Shown: positions 56,401 to 64,000 of the stretch, piece after piece | Layout of the letters: every line of letters begins with the position of its first letter | How positions within the stretch are numbered: position 1 is the first letter of the stretch | Virus record (IMG/VR): IMGVR_UViG_3300029914_000004 | DNA from: a virus | Lineage: Duplodnaviria; Heunggongvirae; Uroviricota; Caudoviricetes | Direction: 5' to 3' (one strand) | DNA: 64,000 bases | Notes under the pieces: model-generated | The model's input: the letters and a program-made list of their open reading frames with translations, nothing else | Told to the model about the DNA's origin: nothing | Databases searched by the model: none | Program-made: the position numbers and the translations under genes

Positions 56401-56742
56401 ATGAATCAAGAATTAAAAAATAAATTATTTGAACGATTCCCCAAAGAATGGTTTCCAGCAGATATATCAATTGGTGACGGTTGGTTTCAAATTCTTTATG
56501 ACTTATTAGCACAATGGGAATTATTTGTAAAGAACTTTGGCGAACCAAAATTTAAAATTCTTCAAATAAAACAAAAATTTGGCGGATTAAGAATTTATAC
56601 AAATCATGGAGCAGAAGAAATTATTCGTCTAACTACCAATATGGCAGAAAAAAAATCAAGTATCACTTGTGAAGTTTGTGGCTCTCCTGGAATATTTAGA
56701 GAAGATGGTTGGCTTTCTGTTAAATGTGAACAACATAAATAA
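56401..56742 (+). CDS. conserved phage protein with Zn ribbon
   Basis: GDGWF, QIKQKFGGLR.Y, CEVCG.PG, WL...CE.H. Confidence 0.75.
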   Translation: MNQELKNKLFERFPKEWFPADISIGDGWFQILYDLLAQWELFVKNFGEPKFKILQIKQKFGGLRIYTNHGAEEIIRLTTNMAEKKSSITCEVCGSPGIFREDGWLSVKCEQHK

Positions 56743-56744
56743 AA

Positions 56745-57130
56745 GATTCTTTAGGGAAGTTGCCCTGAAAAGGCATCTTTTAAAGAGTAACAAGTGGAGG
56801 AAAGTAAGCCTAGCGCGGCAGAAATCAAGAGTCTAGACAATGTTTTGAAGATGCACTACAGTCTAGCGTATAACCACAGGGATGTGAAAAAGTACCTAAA
56901 TTAATCGACAGATGGCTTTATCTCCATAGCAATATGGCTAGTATCCTCCATCATCGTTAATTCAGCAAATTAGTAGCAAATTATGGTTTTGCCCACCCAG
57001 TACGAGAGGAACTGTGGGTTTGATCGAGAACAGGGATTGAAGACATCTTTACCTTTGTATCGAGACGACCATAATAGCCCTTAGAGTTTTTGGCTGAGAA
57101 GCACACCTTTAGATAAATTTAAATAACTGC
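56745..57130 (+). ncRNA. about 385-nt structured ncRNA candidate
   Basis: ORF-free and GC-richer; CTAGAC/GTCTAG, GATGG/CCATC, CCCAC/GTGGG, ATTATGGT/ACCATAAT helices. Confidence 0.55.
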
Positions 57131-57190
57131 TTTAATGTCAATGACTTAAAAATCATTGACATTTTGCTTTGGATTTGATATAATGAAAAT

Positions 57191-57790
57191 ATGGAACAAT
57201 ATCCGACAATACTTGGTAGTTCAAAAGCGCCATTAGGAAAGCCGTGTATTGCTTTCTACAAATATGATGGCAGCAATTTACGTTGGGAATGGAACCCAAA
57301 GAAAGGTTGGCATAAATTTGGGACTCGTCACCAATTATTTGACTCTTCTAACCCATTGTTTGGCCAAGCAATTCCAATCTTTTTAAACACGATGGGAGAT
57401 GAAATAGTTGAACGAGTAAAGAAGATCAATAAGAAAATACATAGAATCACTGCGTTCACAGAATTTTTTGGACCATCCAGTTTTGCTGGAAAGCATGAAA
57501 TTGACGAGCTGAAAGAATTGAGATTGTTTGATGTTTATTTGTTTCATCAGGGAATGATGCTGCCAAAAGAATTCGTTAAAACTTTTGGAGATTTGCCTTA
57601 TACAGCACAAATTGTTTATCAAGGAAATTTAAATAAACAATTTATTGATGATGTTCGTACTGGAAAATATCCTGTGATTGAAGGAGTTGTAGCAAAAGGA
57701 AATGATTTTAGTGTAAAAATTAAAACAAATTCATATTTTCAAAAACTAAATGAAGTGTATGGAACTGCATATCGTCAGTATTGGGAATAA
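57191..57790 (+). CDS. compact ATP-dependent RNA-ligase-like nucleotidyltransferase
   Basis: motif I KYDGSN, FTEFFG, LFD, EGVV, VKIK. Confidence 0.7.
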   Translation: MEQYPTILGSSKAPLGKPCIAFYKYDGSNLRWEWNPKKGWHKFGTRHQLFDSSNPLFGQAIPIFLNTMGDEIVERVKKINKKIHRITAFTEFFGPSSFAGKHEIDELKELRLFDVYLFHQGMMLPKEFVKTFGDLPYTAQIVYQGNLNKQFIDDVRTGKYPVIEGVVAKGNDFSVKIKTNSYFQKLNEVYGTAYRQYWE

Positions 57791-58371
57791 ATAATAGTAA
57801 TGTGTTCGCAAATAATATGAAAATTTTTGAAAGGAGAAATCATATGCAATAGTAAATCAATAAAGGAGAAAATTGCAAATGAGTAAATCTTATCGCAAAC
57901 CATATTCGTCGCCAACTGGAAGTCTCAGTGCAAAAAAAGATAAACAAATGGCCAACCGATCAATTAGAAGAACACAAAATAATTATTTAAAATTAAATTG
58001 GGATGAAGAGGATTTTTTAATTCCAAATAAGTATGAATGCGCAAACAATGAAATTTATGGTTGGAGTAGAGATGGAAATAATCGATATCAAGAACTAAAT
58101 ACATCTTGGAATCGATACTGTTTATTTCTCATTGGAAATTATTATTACAAAAACTATAATATTTTTCCTCCAATATGGTACGCTAGATTAGTAAGAAAAT
58201 AGGAGTATTATATGAAAAAAGAATTAATTAATATAGAAGAAGCAGTAATTACTTATTATATAAGTGAAGGAAGAGAAAGAGATTTAATAAATGGGTGTAT
58301 TTGTTGGTATGACAACGGCGAGTTTGAATTTGATACAACTTGCCCAGTTCATTTTGCAAAGGAAATAGAAT

Positions 58372-58554
58372 ATGGCATTGTATGAATATAAATGTAGCAA
58401 ATGTGGAAATAGATATGAAAAAGTGCAAAGCATGAACTCAAAATCAGATACTATTTGTTCTAAATGTTATGGAAAAGTTGAAAAAGTGTTATTTCCATCT
58501 GCATTGCAATTTAAAGGTTCTGGTTGGTATGTAACAGATTACGCTGGCAAATAG
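58372..58554 (+). CDS. FmdB-family zinc ribbon protein
   Basis: LYEYKCSKCG...CSKC...FKGSGWYVTDY. Confidence 0.85.
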   Translation: MALYEYKCSKCGNRYEKVQSMNSKSDTICSKCYGKVEKVLFPSALQFKGSGWYVTDYAGK

Positions 58555-58566
58555 CAAGGAATAAAT

Positions 58567-58643
58567 TGAGGCATAGTTTAATTGGCCAAAACATTCGGCT
58601 CTGACCCGAAAGATTCTAGGTTCGACGCCTAGTGCCTCAGCCA
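58567..58643 (+). tRNA. tRNA-Gln(CTG)
   Basis: TTCGG-CTCTGAC-CCGAA; TGAGGCA/TGCCTCA-GCCA. Confidence 0.9.
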
Positions 58644-59076
58644 AAAATTAGAAAGGAAATATTAAATAGGTTTGGGTTGCATTCTTTCTTGACATTTAAT
58701 TTAAAAGTTGATATAATCATTATATGAAAAGCTATCAATGGGCAAATACTCCAAAAATAGCATGAAAACTCATGGTTAGAGATTGAAATTGAATTATTAA
58801 GAAAGTTAGAGAAATGACTAAAATAGATAATGAAATTTTACAATCAATTATTTATTCTCCATCTTTAGAAGAATTTCATGGAGATTGGGATCCTCAATGT
58901 AGGTGGGTTAGTAGAATAACATTAATCCAACTTAAATATATGATAAAACAAAATTGGATTATATCCAAGTTTGGGATGTACAAAGCAAGTAATAGTTTTG
59001 CCTATTTTAATGGATACACAGAAGGAATTGCGTTTACTCCAGATAAAAACACTGAGCTTTTAATAAAATTAATGAG

Positions 59077-59847
59077 ATGAATTGGATTATTCAAGATTCG
59101 ATGACTTGGGCGGCATTGCAAAATAATTGCAATCCTCTCATTACTGCTCTTCAAAAATTGAATAAGAAATTCCATACTTGCGGAGTGATTCCATTTGATA
59201 ATGTAATTACTGGTATAGAAAATATTGATTTATCAAAATCTACTATGTTTTATGGCGGAACATTGCTTCCAATATTGGCCAAAAAATTGAATACTAATTT
59301 GGAAATCTTTTGGGAAGATGAATGGTTCTATCCTGCAATATGGGCAGCAAATAGAAATGATATGCTTAATCAAGAAATTACAGAAAGAACTATTGGTGAT
59401 TTAAAAACTAATTGGATTTTCGAGCCCACATTTATTAAATCAAAAGAAGTAAAAGAATTAACTGGAATGGTATTAGAAGGTGAAGATAAAGATTGGTGGC
59501 TAAAAGAATATTCTGATTTAACGTCTGATGTAGAAATATGTTGCTCTCCTGCACAAAATATAGAAAAAGAATGGAGATTCTGGATCATTGACGGAAATAT
59601 AGTTACTGGATCACAATATAAAAGGAATGGATGTTTAGCAATAAAATCTCCAATTGAAAACAGTGTTTTCAATAAAGCAATAGAATTATCCAATAGCTGG
59701 CTGCCAAACCCAAATATTGTAATGGATATTGCTGAAATGCGGAATGGAACTTTCAAAGTTGTTGAATTTAATTCAATTCATTCAAGTGGATTTTACAATG
59801 CTAATGTTGAGAATTTCATCAATGCAATGGAAAATAAATATGACTGA
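59077..59847 (+). CDS. ATP-grasp protein (DUF4343/R2K-like)
   Basis: FIKS, K..TGMV, EWRFWI.DG.IVTGSQY, VMDIA, VVEFN..HSSGFY. Confidence 0.8.
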   Translation: MNWIIQDSMTWAALQNNCNPLITALQKLNKKFHTCGVIPFDNVITGIENIDLSKSTMFYGGTLLPILAKKLNTNLEIFWEDEWFYPAIWAANRNDMLNQEITERTIGDLKTNWIFEPTFIKSKEVKELTGMVLEGEDKDWWLKEYSDLTSDVEICCSPAQNIEKEWRFWIIDGNIVTGSQYKRNGCLAIKSPIENSVFNKAIELSNSWLPNPNIVMDIAEMRNGTFKVVEFNSIHSSGFYNANVENFINAMENKYD

Positions 59848-60064
59848 CAAGCAATTTGTAAAATCATTTTATCCAAACGTAAAATTATGTAAAGCAACAA
59901 AATTTTATAGAATGAATTTTCCAAAAGATTTAAATATTTATTGTATCTATCACTATGATTATACAATATTTTTTGATTTACCGTGGGAAAAAACTTCAAA
60001 ATTAACATGGAAGCACGCTAGAGAAAAAGTTGAAAATAAATTAATTAAAAAATTATCTTATTAA
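59840..60064 (+). CDS. family A small protein
   Basis: FVKSFYPNV...TWKHA.EKVENKLIKKLSY. Confidence 0.7.
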   Translation: MTDKQFVKSFYPNVKLCKATKFYRMNFPKDLNIYCIYHYDYTIFFDLPWEKTSKLTWKHAREKVENKLIKKLSY

Positions 60065-60076
60065 CCAGGAAAAAAC

Positions 60077-60367
60077 ATGAATATACAAGAGCAGATTCGT
60101 AATATATATCCAAATGCAGTCTTAATTAAAGATTGTCATAATTATGGAAAATTGGAGATAAATTTAAATTACATTGTATTACACGATGTAATTCCATCAG
60201 AAAATATTAGTAGCAAAATTAATGATGAAATAATTTTAGATTTCATGCAAATTAGAAATAAAACAGAAATACATCCTTTATCAACATGGCAATCAACATC
60301 TGAAGAAGCATGGCAAGAAGCATGGAGATTAATTCAATCTAAAATGGAATCAAAATTAGCATCATGA
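60077..60367 (+). CDS. family A small protein
   Basis: IRNIYPNA...EAWQEAW..IQSKMESKLAS. Confidence 0.7.
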   Translation: MNIQEQIRNIYPNAVLIKDCHNYGKLEINLNYIVLHDVIPSENISSKINDEIILDFMQIRNKTEIHPLSTWQSTSEEAWQEAWRLIQSKMESKLAS

Positions 60368-60612
60368 CTTTAGAAGAAAATATACAATTTGTACGAGCAA
60401 TGTATCCAGATGCAATTGCTATTAAAGGAATCAGTAGGTATGCAATTATAACTATTTCTCAAAGAACACTAGAAGAAATTGAAAATTATAAACATACTGA
60501 ATTAACCTCACAAACCTATGAAATTAGCAGATGGGTTAAAACCATTGATGAAGCTTGGAATGACTCTGCGTATTGCTTAAATAAGAGATTAGAAGATAAA
60601 CTTGCATATTAA
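60364..60612 (+). CDS. family A small protein
   Basis: FVRAMYPDA...EAWNDSA..LNKRLEDKLAY. Confidence 0.7.
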   Translation: MTLEENIQFVRAMYPDAIAIKGISRYAIITISQRTLEEIENYKHTELTSQTYEISRWVKTIDEAWNDSAYCLNKRLEDKLAY

Positions 60613-60632
60613 ATACAGAAAAGAGAAAAACT

Positions 60633-61250
60633 ATGATAGATTTATCAAAAAAACCAGTATTGGTTCTTAACACTGCATTTGAACCTTTGAATGTATGCAG
60701 CGCAAAACGCGCCCTTAAACTTATTGTTAAAGGCAGAGCGAAAATAGAAGAATCACATTTACAAAAAGTTCATACTACAAAAATGTGGGATGAGCTAACT
60801 GGAGAATTTGTTTTAATTGATCTATTTTTGCCAAGTGTCATTAGATTACTATCCTACAGATTTATTCCTGTACGCACACAACTTCTAACTAGGAAAAATA
60901 TATTTAGCAGGGATAAAAATACTTGTCAATATTGTAATCATGTATTTTCTCCAAAAAATTTAACTCTCGATCACATTTTACCAAGATCAAAAGGCGGAAA
61001 ATCAACATGGGAAAATCTTGTTGCGTGTTGCCATGAATGTAACACGTACAAAGGTGACACATTGCTATGTGATCTTAGAGATATGAAATTAATTAAAAAC
61101 CCCAAATCAATTAATTCTCATACTTCTAAGCATTTGCTTAGAAATCAAGGAGCTGATGACCCTTTTTGGCGCAAATATTTATTCTTCGATAATGATAGTG
61201 AGGAAAATCAATGGACAGAGGAAATAGGAGATACAAAACTCAAAAAATAG
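60633..61250 (+). CDS. McrA-like HNH endonuclease
   Basis: VLVLN..FEPL, PSVIRL, RKNIF.RD..TCQYC, TLDHILPRSKGG..TWENLVACC..CN..KG. Confidence 0.9.
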   Translation: MIDLSKKPVLVLNTAFEPLNVCSAKRALKLIVKGRAKIEESHLQKVHTTKMWDELTGEFVLIDLFLPSVIRLLSYRFIPVRTQLLTRKNIFSRDKNTCQYCNHVFSPKNLTLDHILPRSKGGKSTWENLVACCHECNTYKGDTLLCDLRDMKLIKNPKSINSHTSKHLLRNQGADDPFWRKYLFFDNDSEENQWTEEIGDTKLKK

Positions 61251-61489
61251 CAGAACGTAGAGCCAAACAACTGAAAGATTATCATAATAAATTTGGAGTA
61301 TTTAATATATTACCAGAATCAGAACTAGAAACTGGTTATTTTAAAAAAAATAATGGATTTACCATTAAAAAAGAATCTTCCAGATTGTGGAATAAAATAC
61401 TTAAAAATAAAAAAGCTAAAAGAAAATACGAAAAGAGAAACCCACTTATTGAAAAATAGGTGGGTTTCTCTTTTCGTATAAATAGTAAT

Positions 61490-61972
61490 ATGAATAATAC
61501 ATTCAATAATTCTATTGGTGGCTCATCAATTACTATAAGTGGCACGACTGCTACTTCTTTCGTCAATGCTGTTAATTCAGCTAACATATATGGCATAACT
61601 GCAAATGTGACTGCAAATAAGATCAATATAATTTATGCAAATCCTGGGCCATTTTATATAAATGAAACTGATACTAAAAATACTCCTCTGGCTAATGCTG
61701 GAATAAAAACAGGAGAATATGGAATTTCTTCAAATTTGACAGTAATTTCAGGAAATGTAGCAAGTCCATCTTTTAATGCCAATAGTTATTTTAGCTTAGG
61801 TGTAAATTGGAATTCCATTATAAATGCCATGCCCAAATCTGCTAGAAGAGCATTTAAATGTAGCAACATTGCTACTCCAGAACGAAAAGCAGTTGGCACA
61901 ATAGGATTTCGATCATTAAATAATTTTGCTAACACCCACAGTCCAACAGCAGGCCATCCTTGGAGTACTTAA
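61490..61972 (+). CDS. late-type Asn/Ser-rich structural-protein fragment
   Basis: TATAAATA upstream; SFVNAVNSANI.GITA beta-rich motif. Confidence 0.45.
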   Translation: MNNTFNNSIGGSSITISGTTATSFVNAVNSANIYGITANVTANKINIIYANPGPFYINETDTKNTPLANAGIKTGEYGISSNLTVISGNVASPSFNANSYFSLGVNWNSIINAMPKSARRAFKCSNIATPERKAVGTIGFRSLNNFANTHSPTAGHPWST

Positions 61973-62049
61973 CTTCTTTAGTATCAAACATATAAATCAT
62001 ACTTGACAAATCTATTTAAGTTTGCTATACTATATTCATAGTGTGAATT

Positions 62050-62709
62050 ATGAATAATATTCAGCAAACTCGATATAAATACCCAAGAACTTTCCATTTC
62101 CCAGAAAGCCCTGGTGCCATGAATGACGATAGGATTCTTGATCCAATAGAGTCTTATGCAAAATGGGATCATGAAGTCGTGATTACTGAAAAGAGAGATG
62201 GCGAAAATTTTTCAGGATATAATGACGGCTAGCATGTGAGAAGTTTGGACTATGAAGCGCATCCAAGCAGAAATCGAATCGCTGCACTTCACGCTCGTTT
62301 CTCTTATCTTATTCCTGATGGTTGGAGAATTTGCGCAGAAAATCTTACAGTGAAACACAGCATCAAGTATAAAGATTTGCAAGAAATTTGTGAAGTATTT
62401 GGAATTTGGAATGGAGAAACTTGTTTAAGTTGGGACGATACTGTGATATTTTCTGCATTATTGGAATTACCAACAGTTCCTATTTTATGGAGAGGAATTT
62501 GGAATCCTGAATATTCTAGCGTGTTTGTAGATCAAATTTCAAGAATGATAAATCCAGAAACTCAAGAAGGATTTGTTGTTCGCCCAACAGCATCATTTCA
62601 AATGAAAGATTTTAATCATTTGGTTGGAAAATGGGTTAGAAAAGGTCACGTTACTTCTGGAGAACATTGGATGCGTTCTCAAATTGAATATAATGAAATC
62701 AGTGGTTGA
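62050..62709 (+). pseudogene. Rnl2-type RNA ligase interrupted by an in-frame TAG (62230-62232)
   Basis: KYPRT.H.P.SPG...DD, TEKRDGEN, *HVRSLD..HPSR, ENL..KHSI, EGFVVR, KWVR..HV; both parts in the same frame. Confidence 0.8.
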
Positions 62710-62808
62710 CAAAATTTAAGAAAAAGGATAATATGAAATATATAGCTTGTATACTTTTACTATTAATTTTGGGATGCACTACTAGCTGAGGCTGGTGAAG
62801 GAGCAGAG

Positions 62809-63168
62809 ATGATTCAGCAATACGGGTTTGTTGCAGACTTCGATAACGAGACAGAGAATCTAGTTCCTCAAGAATCTGGCGAATGGGTTACTCACGCGGA
62901 TCACGTTGCGAAGTTGCAGCGGTGGAAGGATGCGCCGAGCGATCTGGTGGAACAGATGTGCCACGCATACGCTGGGGCTACAGGAGATCACCGCGCAAAG
63001 ATGACCGCTGCACTCTCTGTAGAACAGTCGCATCCTCCTTCTGGATGGGTATCAGTGGAGGCAGTGCAAGAGGCTATTGTGAAGTGCTACAAAACATATT
63101 GCGGTGAAAGCGAGATCGTATTTGCTGAATATATGTGTAAGTATCTCTCCTCTGCCAAACCGAAGTAG
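62809..63168 (+). CDS. hypothetical protein in a GC-rich patch
   Basis: GGAG RBS; visibly higher GC than flanks. Confidence 0.55.
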   Translation: MIQQYGFVADFDNETENLVPQESGEWVTHADHVAKLQRWKDAPSDLVEQMCHAYAGATGDHRAKMTAALSVEQSHPPSGWVSVEAVQEAIVKCYKTYCGESEIVFAEYMCKYLSSAKPK

Positions 63169-63386
63169 CGTGTGACAGTGGAAGCAGAGACAGAGGAGTG
63201 CCTTCCATTTGATATTGTTTTGAAATGGAGAAAGATTAACCGCAAGTAACCGCTCCCAACGATAAATATTTTAATTTTCATGATGTTTTTATATGAAAAG
63301 TTTTCAAAAAATAACAAAATAATGAGTTGACAAGGATAAATAACTATGATACTATAAATACAGTAAAGAAACACACAAATAATATG

Positions 63387-63466
63387 ATAAACATCAATCA
63401 GTAGTGTAAATTTAAAATAAGAAAAATAACTAGTATAATAAATATCAATCAGTAGTGTAAAATTAA
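63387..63466. repeat. two 29-nt direct repeats, period 51 nt
   Basis: ATAAA[C/T]ATCAATCAGTAGTGTAAA[T/A]TTAA at 63387 and 63438. Confidence 0.85.
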
Positions 63467-63476
63467 GGATAAAGAA

Positions 63477-63575
63477 ATGAAAAACAAAATGCGTAATCTC
63501 TACAATAGTTTCTGTGTATGGTATTTGAGTTCACCGCTCTATTGGCTAGTTATGCGTATCGGGATGGGGATGTAA
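63477..63575 (+). CDS. 32-aa hydrophobic peptide
   Basis: AAGGA RBS; followed by terminator. Confidence 0.4.
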   Translation: MKNKMRNLYNSFCVWYLSSPLYWLVMRIGMGM

Positions 63576-63592
63576 AAGTTCATTAGAACTTT

Positions 63593-63622
63593 AAAAAAGC
63601 CCCAATAATATTGGGGCTTTTT
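63593..63622 (+). terminator. intrinsic terminator (bidirectional type)
   Basis: AAAAAGCCCCAAT/ATTGGGGCTTTTT. Confidence 0.85.
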
Positions 63623-63630
63623 AATTTTGT

Positions 63631-63708
63631 AGCTGAATAGCGCAATTGGCAGGAGGCAACAGACTCAAAATCTGTACAGTGTGGGTTCGAGTCCCACTTC
63701 AGCTACCA
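63631..63708 (+). tRNA. tRNA-Leu(CAA) with short variable loop
   Basis: ACAGA-CTCAAAA-TCTGT; variable ACAGT; ACCA. Confidence 0.85.
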
Positions 63709-63728
63709 AAAGTTTAAATGTAAAATGT

Positions 63729-63806
63729 GCCGTTGTAGACCAATTGGAAGGAGTCACTTGACTTAGAATCAAGACAGTATGGGTTCGAATCCCTTGGACG
63801 GCACCA
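63729..63806 (+). tRNA. tRNA-Leu(TAG) with short variable loop
   Basis: CTTGA-CTTAGAA-TCAAG; variable ACAGT; ACCA. Confidence 0.85.
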
Positions 63807-63820
63807 AAAGTTTTAAATGT

Positions 63821-63914
63821 ATGAGTGAAGGGCAATCCGGTTTGGCTCAGCAGTCTCCAAAACTGCCGTCTCTGAGAAGAGCAAATGTAGGTTCAAATCC
63901 TACCACTCATGCCA
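63821..63914 (+). tRNA. tRNA-Trp(CCA) with long variable arm
   Basis: GCAGT-CTCCAAA-ACTGC; 20-nt variable region; GCCA. Confidence 0.85.
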
Positions 63915-63927
63915 AAGTTTTAAATGT

Positions 63928-64000
63928 GCGTTAGCTAGTGAGACGATGGACACTGACTGGCCGTAACCCAGTTCTCTCTTTGAGAGCGATGGAGGTTTGA
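63928..64000 (+). tRNA. tRNA-Tyr(GTA), cut by the window end
   Basis: ACTGG-CCGTAAC-CCAGT; long variable arm. Confidence 0.7.

Noticed and set aside
56785-57100. RNase P RNA because of GAGGAAAGT
   Set aside because: The following CC and the 3' P4 element (ACAGAANNCGGCTTA-like) are missing.
62230-62232. Genome-wide TAG recoding (code 15)
   Set aside because: TAG terminates several well-bounded genes (938, 49384, 50943, 58554, 63168), and long genes contain no internal TAG.
1687-63374. Most minus-strand and alternate-frame ORFs in the track (e.g. 2437-2988, 18670-19107, 25021-25749, 36117-36779, 44749-44958, 49939-50127)
   Set aside because: They are shadows of plus-strand genes, repeats or tRNAs, with no RBS or motifs.
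63387-63466. Mini-CRISPR array
   Set aside because: Only two non-palindromic repeats with a 22-nt AT-rich gap.

Overview
AT-rich, almost entirely + strand segment of what is very probably a jumbo (myo-type) bacteriophage genome. Weak clues (DUF5715-like, FmdB-like and secreted proteins) suggest an Acidobacteriota-like host. All family assignments come from motifs read by eye; no searches were run. Layout: (1) 0.2-8.5 kb, late/virion-type genes (PAAR protein, SleB-like hydrolase, PD-(D/E)XK exonuclease). (2) 8.6-40.5 kb, sigma70-promoter accessory genes: NAD-dependent DNA ligase, radical SAM enzyme, class II ribonucleotide reductase with an intein, NAMPT plus NMNAT-Nudix, a PTH2-like protein, an HAE/PCxxC deaminase, a Pol-beta nucleotidyltransferase and many small paralogues. 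(3) 40.6-64 kb, an array of about 40 tRNA and tRNA-like genes mixed with HNH endonucleases, two RNA-ligase-like genes, a cyclic-phosphate-processing receiver protein and many structured non-coding elements. Most interesting signals: four tRNA genes whose anticodon loops carry 27-50 nt structured inserts, three of them directly beside HNH genes; A34 tRNAs (Ala-AGC, Thr-AGT) with a phage deaminase; swapped class I/II variable arms, C33 and non-canonical T-loops; several CCA-ended tRNA mimics and two roughly 400-nt structured RNAs; a shared C-terminal KLxx tail on about 20 small proteins from unrelated families; and two 66-nt tandem-repeat genes with invariant scaffold codons and hypervariable fixed positions.
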